NCBI GenBank assembly: GCA_951406725.2
Contig: OX597831.1
Span: 14,942,001-15,006,000, forward strand
Reading direction: 5' to 3'
DNA from: Octopus vulgaris
Taxonomy: Eukaryota
DNA length: 64,000 bases
Below, piece after piece: positions 40,351 to 55,110 of the stretch. The position numbers were made by a program, and so were the translations under genes. How positions within the stretch are numbered: position 1 is the stretch's first letter; every line of letters starts with the position of its first letter. The notes under the pieces are model-generated. The model worked only from the letters and a program-made list of their open reading frames with translations, ran no database searches and was not told where the DNA came from.

Positions 40351-41591
40351 GGCCCCGTAGAGATTTTGTCAAATAATCGCCTTAACTATTACAATATTAA
40401 TAACATTAAGAAATTCAAGCTCAATGCAAGACGTGTTCCGGTATGGAACTCGAGACGGTCAACTTGCTGCGAAGAAAGTACAACGTGAATGTAGTCGTTA
40501 CTGCGTGCGATAACGTGGCTGGATCCCAAATGGGTGAAGTAAGCTGGAGTGAGTTGAGAGTGATTGAATGGGAGTGAGAAGAGAATAGATAAGGGCATAA
40601 TAGATACGTAAATGATATCAAATAGAAGGTTGTCCTTTAGAAAGATAAACAACTTACTCTTTCTTATTGATTAACCTCCGAAGGAGAAAAACAATGTTGT
40701 GGAAAAATATTTTTCGATGCAAAATGAGAAATGTCTGAAAAGTATGTGAGTATTTTCTCCTCTACACGGAAGAAACAACACGGATTAACAGTGGGTATTT
40801 GGATGTAAGAATTTTATCAAAGTAATGACATAAAAAAGTTAATTTCTAGCATAAATTTACGTCATTTAAAAGTTGAAATTTTTGTGATAATACCAATAGG
40901 GTATAAGGTCAACCAACCTCATTCTGTATTTCGTAAAATTGTAAAATTGTAAAAATATAGGCTATTATTCATTAGGGAGTGGCGGAGAGAAAACGTACGT
41001 GTCACAAGTGTGATATTAGTTATGTAAATGCCTTCTACTGTGTCAATGTTAAACGTTAGAATGTGTTGTTGTGATAATCGAAAGAGCCTAAACAAAGAAC
41101 ACACCAACAAAAGCAGGAAAGTACAAGAACCCGATACAGGTAAGTATAATTATAAATGGCGTTGAAAGTACCAGCACATTTTAAGAATTTCAGAGCAGTG
41201 CTTTCACTAATACGGAAATATGCCAGCGTAATAGTAACAACATCATGGAGGTATAATTATACACAAAAATAGACAAATATAGGAGAACCCTGGGTGGAAG
41301 ACGATAAACTGGAAATGCCAAAGAAAAGCAGATTGTCCAACATCAGTCAACAGATGAAAATCTATCAGCTTAGGAACTCGGGAAACCAAAAGGAAAGGTA
41401 GGAAGTCATGAGGTGCTCATGGATCTGTCAATCATCAAAATAAAATAAATCTAACAGGAAACAGCAACCAAAAGAATAATATAAACACAAAGACAATTAG
41501 TTCCTGGGGTATATCAAAGGAATGTTATAAAAAAAAACAAATAAAGATTATTTACATTTGACGGATATTTGTCCTCATCTTATTTCTTGTT

Positions 41592-41637
41592 AACACAACG
41601 TTTCGGCTGATGTACTCTCCAGTCTTCATCAGGTGAC
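41592..41637 (-). ncRNA. Minimal type I hammerhead (left arm)
   Basis: Minus: GTCAC-CTGATGA-A-GACTG..CAGCC-GAAAC-GTT-GTGTT. Confidence 0.7.
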
Positions 41638-41717
41638 TTGAGGAAATTTCGAACATGGGTTCTCATTCCTAAGGTATTTTACGATGTGACCTGACTACTA
41701 CTACTACTACTACTACA

Positions 41718-41781
<64 letters not shown>

Positions 41782-41783
41782 AC

Positions 41784-41889
<106 letters not shown>

Positions 41890-41943
41890 CATACCTGCGA
41901 AAAATATCTTAGGAATGAGAACCCAGGTTCGAAATTTCCCCAA

Positions 41944-41989
41944 GACACCTGATGAAGGCTGGAGGGTATATCAGCCGAAACGTTGTGTT
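41944..41989 (+). ncRNA. Minimal type I hammerhead (right arm)
   Basis: GACAC-CTGATGA-A-GGCTG-N10-CAGCC-GAAAC-GTT-GTGTT; loopless palindromic AACGTT stem III. Confidence 0.8.
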
Positions 41990-42333
41990 AACAAGAAATA
42001 AGATGAGGACAAATATCCATCAAATGTAAATAATGTAAATAATTCCTCATCTCATAAAAATTGAACTGAAAAATAGATAAACGTGATCTGAGCTGATACA
42101 ATCATATTTCCAAAGTACGAGTAAAGGTAGTCACTGTTCATGGTTGCACCATTCTTTTGCCAAAAGTATTTTCATCCATACAGCAATGAGTTAACCTAAC
42201 AGGAATGTCAATGAACTTTGTAGGAGGTCGGATATTTTTAGCGCAAAATTAAATTCTGAAAACCGCAAGGGCATTCAACAAGAAATAATATTCTTAAGTC
42301 GACTTCTTTCCTCTTTTCAAGTCATAATAATAA

Positions 42334-42374
<41 letters not shown>

Positions 42375-44321
42375 TCGTTCAGTTAATCATGAATTGTTGA
42401 TAAATTTGACATTAGTTTTATCGAGAAATGGATCAAAATTTCTTGCTTCACTAAGAATAATTCTACAATTTGTAACATGCAACGTAAGAACTGTTTATGG
42501 TCGTTTCTCAGATATCATGATTTGTTTAACAAGCGGTAAAAATTTATGATTGAGTACACCAGAAAACCTTGTGTAGTGAAGGAATTTTGCATGTGGGGAA
42601 TTTCTGTGAAAACGTTGCTGAAAATACATAAAATCGGCAATGTTTCTCAGTATCTCTATAATGGTTGAATACATTGATTAGAACAGTGTGATAATTCCTT
42701 GCAAGAAATACAAAAGCAAGAGATAAGGGCTTCAGCCATCTGGTTTTGAAAATAATCAATTTTATCGAAAATGTGATTCTTTCTTCAGTGGAAACCGGAA
42801 ACTAAAAACAAAAAGAAGTTTGCTTACTCAGGGAAGCTTCTACAATTTTATAAACAAACATATGATGTACGATTACGTCATTGTTCGTTTACTATTTAAT
42901 TATTTTATGACAGGTTCCAGATATTAGACTGTGGCCGCACTGAAGTTCTGACCACAAAGTTTATTATCGTGTAGATTGGTTTCAGTAAGTATTTGTTCTA
43001 AGAACACCACGAAATCAGAATAATCCTGCGATATTATATCCTCCTATTGATGTTCCAAGTTCAAATCTTGCTGCCGTTTAACTTAAACTTTTAGACATTC
43101 TCATTCTTCAAAGAAAAAGACAAACTCTATGGTTTGCTGGATTTATCAAACCGTGAAAAGGAAAAACGTTTTCCGGCAATTTGTTTCGCATTTTACATTT
43201 GCAGCTCATATCCTGTCGCGTTCAATTCCACCTCCGGGATCGATAAAATGGAATATAATTCCAGATTGGGAAATAGCGCATTAATATAATGTGCACAAAA
43301 CATTTTGCACTGTATTCTCCGGCATTTGTCATTCATCGTCCCTTCTTTCAGGGTTGTCCATAGCTGTAGCGTGGCAAATTGTTAGGGCGTGGACAATTTA
43401 GTTTACAAAAGTTTTCTCGCAGCTAATGTCCTGAAAGCCCTTGGACTAGTGCTTCCAGTGTTGCACTTTCTATCGTAAAATTCCCTGTTTTAATTTCTGG
43501 ACTGGGCAGTAAGTAATATTCTCGTGCAAAACATACGTTCGCGTTGTTTCAATTCTCTCATTAATATTATGGATGTTAAACCTAAGACAGATCTGCATCC
43601 GGACAGGTGTCGTAAATTTAGTCATTCGTGCACACAATGGAAATGTGATTACATTATGGTCCTATGAGTTCTTAGGTTCATAACAGACCCGAGTGCTCAA
43701 TACTAAGTGATATTGTTCTGAATTACTAAACGGACGTCTGTGTCACAGATATAAATATTGCAAAAATGTCTCTTGGTTTATTGTAGTGAATTTCAAAACA
43801 AAAGACACCCAGAAATCACGTATTTCCTCCTTAATTAAAATATGACTGAACGCAAAATCTTGAAGATGTAACGAAACGCCACAATTAGTCTATACATAGA
43901 CATACATACATATATATATATGAAAGGCATCATATAGAACACAACACGCAGCCCGGTCCGGGAATCGAACTCAAAACTTTACGATCATAAGCTCGAGTCA
44001 TACACACACACAGTACACATTTCTCTAAATTTGGTACGACTCTACAACACCGTCTCTCTCCCCCCTCTCCTACATTCTTTTGCTTTTCTTACTTTGCACT
44101 TCATCTTCTCCTCCTCCTTAATTCATTGTTCCTCGTTTTCTCTTGCTTCTCCCTCTCCTTTATTCCTCTGCCCCCCCCTTTCCTCTCTCTTCTCTTCACA
44201 CGTGACTGACTGACCGACTTTTGGGTCTGGCAGCGGTCGTGGCAGCGCCCCAAGGCACATTCCTAACACGCCAGCTGAGTTTAATACGTCTCAGTCGAAA
44301 GACGCGTGATTTGATTATTCT

Positions 44322-45461
<1,140 letters not shown>

Positions 45462-45600
45462 GTCTTTTCGCATTTTTTCTGTATTCATATTCGTGTAACA
45501 TCGTCCGTTTTCCGTCCTTCTTTCGTATACATTCGAAGCTTTTTCCCAAGGAATCTAATGCGCTTCGCTTAGTTTTTTTTCTTGGGCTGGCCAGATTGGA

Positions 45601-45660
45601 GCAATCTCAAGATTAATCAGCCGAAATTGCGAGGATGATCCGGTTCTTGACTGAAGATAG
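45601..45660 (+). ncRNA. Non-circularly permuted hammerhead ribozyme candidate
   Basis: GCAATC^TCAAGA-TTAATCAG-CC-GAAA-TTGC-N14-TCTTGA-CTGAAGA-TAG; perfect stems III (5 bp) and I (6 bp), stem II weak. Confidence 0.75.
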
Positions 45661-45780
45661 AAGACTTCGAATGTCCTGTCCGTGTTTTTTGTATCGTCTT
45701 CTAAATGCTATGCGTTCTTGTCCCAGTTTGTGCTTTATATATATGTGTGTGTGTGTATACACACACACACACACACACAT

Positions 45781-45818
<38 letters not shown>

Positions 45819-45819
<1 letters not shown>

Positions 45820-45925
45820 CGATAGGCATCTTTTCAGTTTCCGTCGACTTTAGTCAGCCTGAGATTATAAATTAAGAAAGCCTTTACCCAAAGTGATAGA
45901 GAGTCGAACTGATTTCGGGACCCTG
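45819..45925 (-). mobile_element. SINE family A fragment
   Basis: GGCATCTTTTCAGTTTCCGTC..TTTACCCAAAGTG. Confidence 0.5.
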
Positions 45926-46789
45926 TGGAACCGGGAAGGAGACCTTTCTGCATTGCGAAGCCTTCACATAATTATTTACCTTACAACATTGTTAGAGAGC
46001 ATGGAAACGTTAAAAATAAACTAAACTCTGAAAATCCAAACAAAAACATTTAAAACGATTTGCACAATCTCTCATTTGCTGGAACGCAAATGACTTGTTT
46101 CCGAGGCTGGAACTATGATTCACTTGTGCGAAACTTAAATTAAATGTTTCATATTGGTGTTCACTACTTCTATAATTGCAAATTATTGATTACCTTACTT
46201 CCTAGTCACATTCCTTATTCCTTCTATGTTTACATTCAAAATACAGAGATGAGTTTATTGCAGCTTTCGTACTGAACAGGAATTCACAACAACAACAATT
46301 CAAAATAAATAAATAAATAAATAAATAAATTGCTGCAGTTTGGTCTGAAGAAGGCGAAGATATAAGAAAAATAAAAAAAACAGATATTTCATGTTTTAAA
46401 ACGCATATACACACCTCCATCCCTCCCTATATACATACATGCATATACATACATACATTTATATATATACACACACACATATATATATATTTATATATAT
46501 ATGTGTGTGTGTGTATATGTATGTGTGTGTATGTGTGTTCCTATATGTGTATATACATATGCATATATATGTATATATAGATGTATGAAAGCTTATATAT
46601 ACATATATGATTGTTAGGTACATATATGGAAATTAACGTATGTAAATACGCATATATATATACACATATGAATATGTAAATGTATGTATACATCACACAT
46701 ACATGTGTATATATTTATATATATATATATATATATATACATATATGTATATATTTATATATGTATATATGTATATCTATTTCTATCTA

Positions 46790-46852
<63 letters not shown>

Positions 46853-47536
46853 TCTACTTCATCTACCAATATGAACTGTCAAGCACCAACAGTGTTGGTG
46901 ATTAAAAAGAAGCCAAAACAAAAAGTTATGCTTCCTTTTTGCCTGAGTGTGTTTTTAAAACTTAAGAAAACACAATCCTCTGCCTGATGTTTTCTTTAGC
47001 TTCTTATTTCCGTTTAGCAATGACAGCATTCAAGAGTACGAAAAAGTTTTTAAAAAATTTTCAAAACCAAATAGAAGGACCGTTTCATATCAATTGCTCT
47101 ATTTTATGCAAAAAGTTTTTTCGATAATCGATATTTCTATAGCTAATCACTGAGTGAAATACCCAGTGAAGCCCAAAGTTTATGAAGTGAAAATTGGTTA
47201 AAATGCTATTAAGTGATAGCATCTTACCTTGAAATAGACAAAATATATGAATAAAGATACAGGAATACATTTTAAAATGTTGTAATTATCTTAATGGTTA
47301 ATATAGATATTATTTATATAAACGATAGCCCGGGAAGAGAAGCATTTCGTTGACTCGACCAAAGGTCTTAAATTGATATTCAATTTATTTGGCATGGACA
47401 AAAAGAAAACAAAAGTTGAACACAGCCTCGTTTTGGAATATAGACTGAATCCTAAGAAGCGGATGCTAAGATACTTAGGTAAATGACCACTATACATGCA
47501 TCTGCGTATATATTTATATTTCTCTCTCTCTCTCTG

Positions 47537-47608
<72 letters not shown>

Positions 47609-47627
47609 CCTATCTATCTAGCTCTCT

Positions 47628-47673
47628 CTTCGAAACACGCATGGAGTCGTACTAGGGACAGCTGATGAAGGAG
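47628..47673 (+). ncRNA. 5'-truncated permuted hammerhead (GAAA strand and CUGAUGA strand only)
   Basis: CTTC-GAAAC-N25-CTGATGA-A-GGAG; upstream cleavage strand replaced by (TATC)n. Confidence 0.5.
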
Positions 47674-47952
47674 AATTTTCCTTGTGTTGTTTGTCTTGTA
47701 CTCTGTTTTTTCGTTATTAAAAAAAGGTCTGTTTCCATGTTTGTTTTACGTTTTCGTTTCTCGTTGAGTTCTGCGTCTATTTTTGGTGACCCGTACTCAC
47801 GTATATATATTTATATATGCATGTATATATACATGTAGATGTAGGTACGTACATATATGTATGTATGTGTGCATATATTTTATTTATTACACTATATATA
47901 TATATATATTTCTATATCTATAGAGAGTGAGATAAATATACATACACACACA

Positions 47953-48047
<95 letters not shown>

Positions 48048-48167
48048 TAAATTAGAGATAAAACAACTATTAGGCAATTCAAACAATGAAAAACATAAAC
48101 CAAAATATAAAAATAAACATAATTAATATAATATACAAAATATATAGAAAAGTGACGGAGTGTGCTA

Positions 48168-48208
<41 letters not shown>

Positions 48209-48916
48209 AGCACACTCCGTCGCTTTAGAGGCAACTGAACGAACAGCCATCTTAATAATTTATAATTGTCACTTCATCATTTTCGAGATCAATCGATGTT
48301 TCCAAAGAGGACCAAGGATTTTCCAACATAGAAGTTATAGCGCAAAAGTTACTTTGGGCAACCTTTAATGTGACGACGATTCAAGGAACAAAAAGAAGTC
48401 AGATATAACTTTTCGTTAAGTTATAGAAACAAGACATTACGTCTGACAAAAAGAAAAATTATGCGAGGAAAAGAAACGTGATATCTTCTGATATAAAGCA
48501 CCGTGTTGATTCATATTTCATCAGCTTTTTTTTTCAAAGCATTTTATATTTGTATCGTTTGATCAGTCCTTTATATTAAGATGTAAGGTTTTAACGAATC
48601 TGATGTTTTAATTAGTTACTGTGCATTTTAATTAGCTATAATGGTGAAATAGAGTCATATAGCATTGTATGTGACATTTCCTTTATAATATTAAAAATAA
48701 ACACTTTGACTGTGTTTGAATATCATGGTCATTAAAGTGATGCTAATTATCCTCAGTACATATATACATATAAACCCACACACGCACACATACATACACA
48801 GAAACACACACACACACGCACAAAAATACATACATATATATATATATATAATATAATATAATATAATATAACAATATTATATAATATAATATAGTATAAT
48901 ATAATATAATATAATA

Positions 48917-48967
<51 letters not shown>

Positions 48968-48968
48968 A

Positions 48969-49233
48969 GGTTAGGGCAGCGGACTCGCGGTCGTAGGAAC
49001 GCGGTTTCGATTCCCAGACCGGGCGTTGTGAGTGTTTTGTTAAGCGAAAACACTTAAAGCTCTACTTGGCTCCGGTAGGGGGTGGTGGTGATCCCTGCTG
49101 TACTCTTTCGCCACAACTTTCTCCCATCCTTTCTTCTGTTGGCCAGCGGGGTGGCGTCATTTGAAAGCTAAAACGATACGAAGCGCATTGTGACCAGCGA
49201 TGTATAACATCATCTGATAGTCTGGTGATCACG

Positions 49234-49237
<4 letters not shown>
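48969..49237 (+). mobile_element. SINE family B
   Basis: Colinear with 31876-32172; inserted between (TA)n tracts. Confidence 0.85.
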
Positions 49238-49290
<53 letters not shown>

Positions 49291-49376
49291 GGAATTTACA
49301 AAAACACAAAACAAAAGACGAAGACGGGTGTGTAAACAACAGATGTATTAGTTTAACGCTCGGGAAGTGAGAAAGT

Positions 49377-49412
49377 CTTTTACGTTTCGAGCCTTCGCTC
49401 TTCGACAGAAAG
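49377..49412 (-). ncRNA. Minimal hammerhead variant CUGUNGA (A6U)
   Basis: Minus: CTTT-CTGTCGA-A-GAGC-GAAG-GCTC-GAAAC-GTA-AAAG; within a longer repeat copy ~49288-49900. Confidence 0.7.
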
Positions 49413-50974
49413 GAACACTGAGATAAACAGAAAGAGAAAATAAATAGTTTTAGTGGCCAGCGATCAATCATGGCGAATGCCGGACAAAGGTGGTTAGACA
49501 GGAGAGCTAGGAAGAAGGGGAGATAAAAAATAGTTGTGGTGATCCCATAACGAGGATGCGCCTGCGTGTGTATGTGAGAGCGTGTATATGCGTGTAGGTA
49601 GGGGCTGGTGACCTTGACGTGTGCGTGTGTGCATGTGTAGGTGCGTGGATGATGGTGTGGGTGCTGGGAAGTGATCAGTGCTGGTGTGTGTGGAGGTGCT
49701 ACGATGTGGTGTGGTATATGATGGTGTGTGGTGTGGTGTAGTGGTGTGGTGTGGTGGCGTGGTGTGTTGGTGTGGTGAAGTAAGATGAGGTCTGATAGTG
49801 TGTGGTGTACTTCTGTGAGACCTTTACAGTAGCTCTAGGAGGTGCGGTTTCAATAGTATCCCTGAAAGTTTGCGTTTTTGCTCTGTAAGATATTAGACGA
49901 ATCACGTGCAAAAAATTGTAAAGCTTCGTTTTGTAAACAACACCAGCGGGAGTGTTTCCACTTCTTGCAACATCAAGTGGGGTTTCGTCAGAGGCGTTGG
50001 GGAAAGCCGCCTTCAGCACTTAACGGTAGTTTAAAGTAATCTATCCGCTTTCCAGATTAAGAGGTTTCAGTTGAGTGGTTACGTATTTGCAACTTATTTA
50101 TGTAGAGACCATTAAATAAGCATTTACGTAGCAACTTGATTTTTAAAAAAATGACATTTTAAGCTCGAAATGAGGCTGATGTCTGCCTAATGAATTTAGA
50201 TTGCGAATGATTTGCTGCTGGTGTCAATTATCTGAAAGAATGCGTGGTGGATTAATGTAGTAAACGAGAGAAAGCGGATCACCAAAGGTGAACGGAGGAT
50301 TACGTATCATTGAACTGTGTTAGAGTACGACAGAGGTTGTACAGAGAGAACACAAACCACTTTCGTTACAAAATTAGTAATTGGTACTTATTGCTATGTG
50401 ATATTTGACCAATAAAACGGATGTAACTGTTAGAAAGCGGACCAGAATATCTGTATTTGTTGCATTAGCACTGTACAGCATAAGTTAAAGTAAATTTGGT
50501 AAAATGTTGCAAGAGTAGAGAGTTTGGATTTAACTGCCTGCGCATTCGTTCCACGTCTCTCAACTTTGGGAGAAAATCCGGCACAGGTGAGGTCGACTTT
50601 CATTTTCGTCCAGCTCATTTCTAGTATCGACGCTTCTTTTCCTTTCACGTTCTTTCAGGAATGCATTATTTACAGAGATATTTAACCTCATCACAAAATG
50701 CCACTCTGATTCGGTCTGTGAATGACATTAATAGTATATGCATGTAACCAATTTTGTATATGCGTCCATCAAACACTCACTCTGCCGATTATGAATGGAA
50801 GAATTTCTTTATACAAACGGTCGAATAGGAAAGTAGCTTCTTTTCCAACTCGCATATTTTTGGTATTCGACCGGGCAGCATTGGTATATTTGACAATTGT
50901 CTTATCTATAAATTCAGATTCCCTTACAAGTCGTATTTATATAGATATCCATGTATCAGAGTAGTGTAACTCCT

Positions 50975-51603
50975 AGGCGGTGAGCTGGCAGAAACGTTAG
51001 CACACCGGGCGAAATGCGTAGCTGTATTTCGTCTGCCATTACTTTCTTAGTTCAAGTTCCGTCGAGGTCGACTTTGCCTTTCATCCTTTCGGGGTCGATA
51101 AATTAAGTACTAGTTACTTAATTTACTGGGGTCGATGTAATCGATTTAATCCGTCTGTCTGTCCTTGTTTGTCTCCTCTGTGTTTATCCCCTTTTGGGTA
51201 GTAAAGGAACAGGTATTTTGTCTGCCGAAGGCGGTGAGTTGGCAGAAACGTTAGCACGCCGGGCGAAATGCTTAGCAGTATTTCGCCGAGGTCGACTTTG
51301 CATTTTATCCTTTCGGGGTCGATTAAATTAGTACTGGGGTCGATATAATCGATTGTATCCGTTTGTCTATCCTTGTTTGTCCTATCTGTGTTTAGCCCCT
51401 TGTGGGTTGTAAAATAATAGGTATTTCGTCTGCCGCTACGTTCTGAGTTCAAATTCCGCCGAGGTCGACTTTGCCTTTCATCCTTTCGGGGTCGATTAAA
51501 TAAGTACCAGTTACGCACTGGAGTCGATATAATCGACTTAATCCGTTTGTTTGTCCTTGTTTGTCCCCTCTCTGTTTAGCCCCTTGTGGGCAGTAAAGAA
51601 ATA
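50975..51603 (+). mobile_element. Tandem trimer of SINE family C flanked by a 17-bp target site duplication
   Basis: AGAGTAGTGTAACTCCT at 50958-50974 and 51604-51620; three internal units. Confidence 0.9.
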
Positions 51604-52516
51604 AGAGTAGTGTAACTCCTCCCGCACGGAGGACTGAACAACCGATGGAGGCAACGCAAAGGTAATCAATATTTTACTGAAAAAAAAAAAACATAGAATG
51701 TGCATATTCTATGTATTCATCTGACAATACCAGTTAAAGAATGCATCGGAATATTTCTAAATTATTTTAGATTATGAATAAATTCCCCAATTTCTTAAGA
51801 TGTAATTAGATAAAAATTAAATATATTCATATTTTGTTTTTCCTCTTGTCGTTTTGACAAGAAGCCAGGAATCTGTGTGTAAGCTTGTATGTATGTACTT
51901 GTTTTTATATGCATGTGGTTTTGTATATGCTCTGTGTATACGCATTTGTGTTTATATGTATGTCGGTGCTTGTATTAGCAGGTGTGTTTATATATACGTT
52001 GTGTGTGTATCTTTGGTTCCATGTTTGTCTTTTACATTGACCAAATTTGGAAAACCAGTGCTGTTCGTTTATGTACCATAAAGTAGTAATTAAAACAATG
52101 GAAATGGATAAATCACAAAATTTTAATTACTGAAATACTTGTAATGAAATTTGAAAATATTCCGAGCTAAATTTTTTGTTTAGTTTTTCGAAATTTATTA
52201 ATTAACAGCATAATTGTAGAATTGAATCATTTTCCGGACGTGATTAGTTAGACAAATTAAATACGAGGTGAAAATATGAGATCGTTGATGAATCACATAT
52301 TTCATTTAATCTGGTTTTCGTTTTTTTACGGGGTGCACATCACAGTTTCAAAGCTTGCACCACAAAAATGGATGCTGCATGGCACTGTTGCTGCTGCTTC
52401 AACTGCTGCTGCTGCTGCTTCTGCTGTTGCTGCAGCTTATATCGCTGCCCCCAAGACCGACGTTTCAGCCGCCTACACCTCCATTATTATTGCTGCTATA
52501 ACAACAGCAACACATT

Positions 52517-52578
<62 letters not shown>

Positions 52579-53768
52579 GCTACTACAACACTACTATTAC
52601 CACCACCACCACCACCATCACCACCATGTTTCGAAGATATCACTGGTAGTATTCCAAAGGAATAAAATGGTGTAAAACAATGTAATCTTCTCTTCAGGGA
52701 AATGAAGATATGAAACTCGTCAAATAAGACATTTTAACAGAAAATGATGGATATGTATAGTGATTAACTGAACGCTATTAAGTTTGTTTTAAAAAATCGT
52801 TTTAGGATAAAACGTCAGAGGTAGCCTATAGAAAGAGGAGGGATAAAGGAAAGAAAATAATTAAGATATATATAACGATATGTACATTAAATAAAAACAT
52901 ATAGACTTGGAAAAATATATATCTAGTGAATGTGAAATGTAAGAAGAAAATTAATATTTAAATTATATATAATGTTTACATTATTATGCACGCTCTATAA
53001 TCGTGTTTACAAGGGAAGTTTAGAAAAACGAATAATAAATAGTTCAGAATTACAGAGAAGACAGAATTCCTTGCCTTTATCATAAGGTATCGAAATTGGC
53101 AGAAACACAACTTTCGTTCATATATGTGATATCTATCATTATACAGAATTTAAACATTTATTTTACCAAAATGTGCGCAGATAAGTGTTGCCAACAGTCA
53201 GTAGAGAAACTACTGGTTTTTGAACGAATATACATTTATTTATTGAGATAAGATTTGCTTAATGATGTGGGACGCAATATATTCTGACTTTCATTTGTAA
53301 CCTTTTCTTCAATGACTTCCTTGGCAAAGCTTTATGTCCAAACATCGCCTTTATATGGCGCCTCCTGTTGAATTATATTCAGTTTAATTCTGCATGTCGG
53401 GTTACTGTCACGTTTATTTAGATTTGCCAAGAGTAAACATTACCAATAGTATCTCAAGAGTTGCAAGCGTCTGTATGTCTTGGACACATTTCTTAATATT
53501 TACCTATTATCTTCAGTGTTTTATGTTGTAACTCCATCAATTAAACATCCTTCTGTAATGTTGCGATGCACATTTTAATTAGATCTATTTCTAATGGACA
53601 TTTCAGTACAGGAACACAACAAAAGATGCGTGGGACACCTAGCATCGCTATATGTTTTATATGCTCTGTAGATTTCCGAAGTATTCACGTTATGCTCATA
53701 TATTCACATATTTTAAGATCATTCAGAATGTAACTGCTATTATAGGATTTATCTGCCTCCCTCCCAAT

Positions 53769-53988
53769 TCTTCTTCTTCTTCTTCTTCTTCTTCTTCTTC
53801 TTCTTCTTCTTCTTCTTCTTCTTCCTTCTTCTTCTTCTTCTTCTTCTTCTTCTTCTTCTTCTACTCCTTTTTCTTCTTGTTCTTGTTCTTCTTGTTCTTC
53901 TTGTTCTTCTTCTTCTTGTTCTTCTTGTTCTTGTTCTTCTTCTTCTTATTCTTCTTCTTCTTCTTCTTCTTCTCCTCCTTCTTCTTCC
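53769..53988. repeat. (TTC)n/(TTG)n microsatellite
   Basis: Direct inspection. Confidence 0.95.
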
Positions 53989-54697
53989 AGTTGCTGTTGT
54001 TGTTACTGCAGTTCTCATTGCTATTGTAATGTTGTCGTATGTAGATATTTTTCCCCCTTTGCAAGTATGTTATTTAAAAGCGCACCTACTCCACACGCAA
54101 CAATATTTATTCTCTCTAACATATGGTTTGCTATTTTTATTCTGGCTCTGCTTCATAAAGTTTCAAAAGGAGTTTCTCATTTCCGTCAACTATTCCATAT
54201 TTCTAGGAAAACAATTTATTCTTTGCTATTGCGGTCGAGGATTTCACTCTGCTGCAGCAGGTGAGGCTGAGAATTCGTTCCTAATAATAATCGCTGCTAT
54301 CATCTTACAAATTCGCAGAACAGAAAAGAAAGCAAACATATCTTGTATATTAGAAATCATTACTGAAAACCAGATATATTTCTTATATTTACAGCAACCA
54401 CGACAAGAACACTATAATTAATTTTATGCAACATACGATTTATAAACGTTAATTTAGCATCGATGCAATGTTGTCAATATATTAATATAAACTGGTGAAA
54501 TGAGGCTGGAATTATATAAAATAAACAGAATATGATGATGGCTATTAAACACATTGTTGAACGATGAAAATGAACGTACACTGGCTCGGGATGGCAGTGG
54601 AAAATTGTACTTGGTTTGTTAATATAGCCTGTTTTTAGTTTCTATGTGAAGAAGAAACAGATGTGCGCTTCGGTTGTGATAGACTTGCACTGTGAGT

Positions 54698-55110
54698 GGG
54701 GATGTGGTGGGAAGCTAGCGGGGATCTAGTGAGAAGCTAGCGAGGATCTGGTGGGAATCTAGAGGGGATCTGGTGGGAAGCTAGCGAGGATCTGGTGGGA
54801 AGCTATCGGGGATCTGGTGGGAAGCTAGCGAGGATCTATTGGGTAGCTAGCGGGGATCTGGTGGGAAGCTAGAGGGGATCTGGTGGGAAGCCAGCGGGGA
54901 TCTGGTAGGGAGCTAGCGAGGATCTGGTGGGAAACTGAGGAGATCTGGTGGGAAGCTAGCGAGGACCTGGTGGGAAGCTATCGGGGATCTGGTGGGAAGC
55001 TAGCGGGGATCTGGTGGGAAGCTAGCGGGGATCTGGTGGGAAGCTAGAGGGGATCTGGTGGGAAGCCAGCGGGGATCTGGTGAGAAGCTAGCGGGGATCT
55101 GATGGGAAAC
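54698..55110. repeat. 22-bp G-rich minisatellite, ~19 copies
   Basis: Unit GGGATCTGGTGGGAAGCTAGCG; GATCT recurs at 22-bp spacing (54986, 55008). Confidence 0.95.

Noticed and set aside
53478-53520. CTGAAGA-TAATA..TATTA-AGAAATGTGTC hammerhead-like string on the minus strand
   Set aside because: No stem I pairing; likely chance
54698-55110. CRISPR-like array
   Set aside because: Contiguous tandem units with no unique spacers, in a eukaryotic context without cas genes
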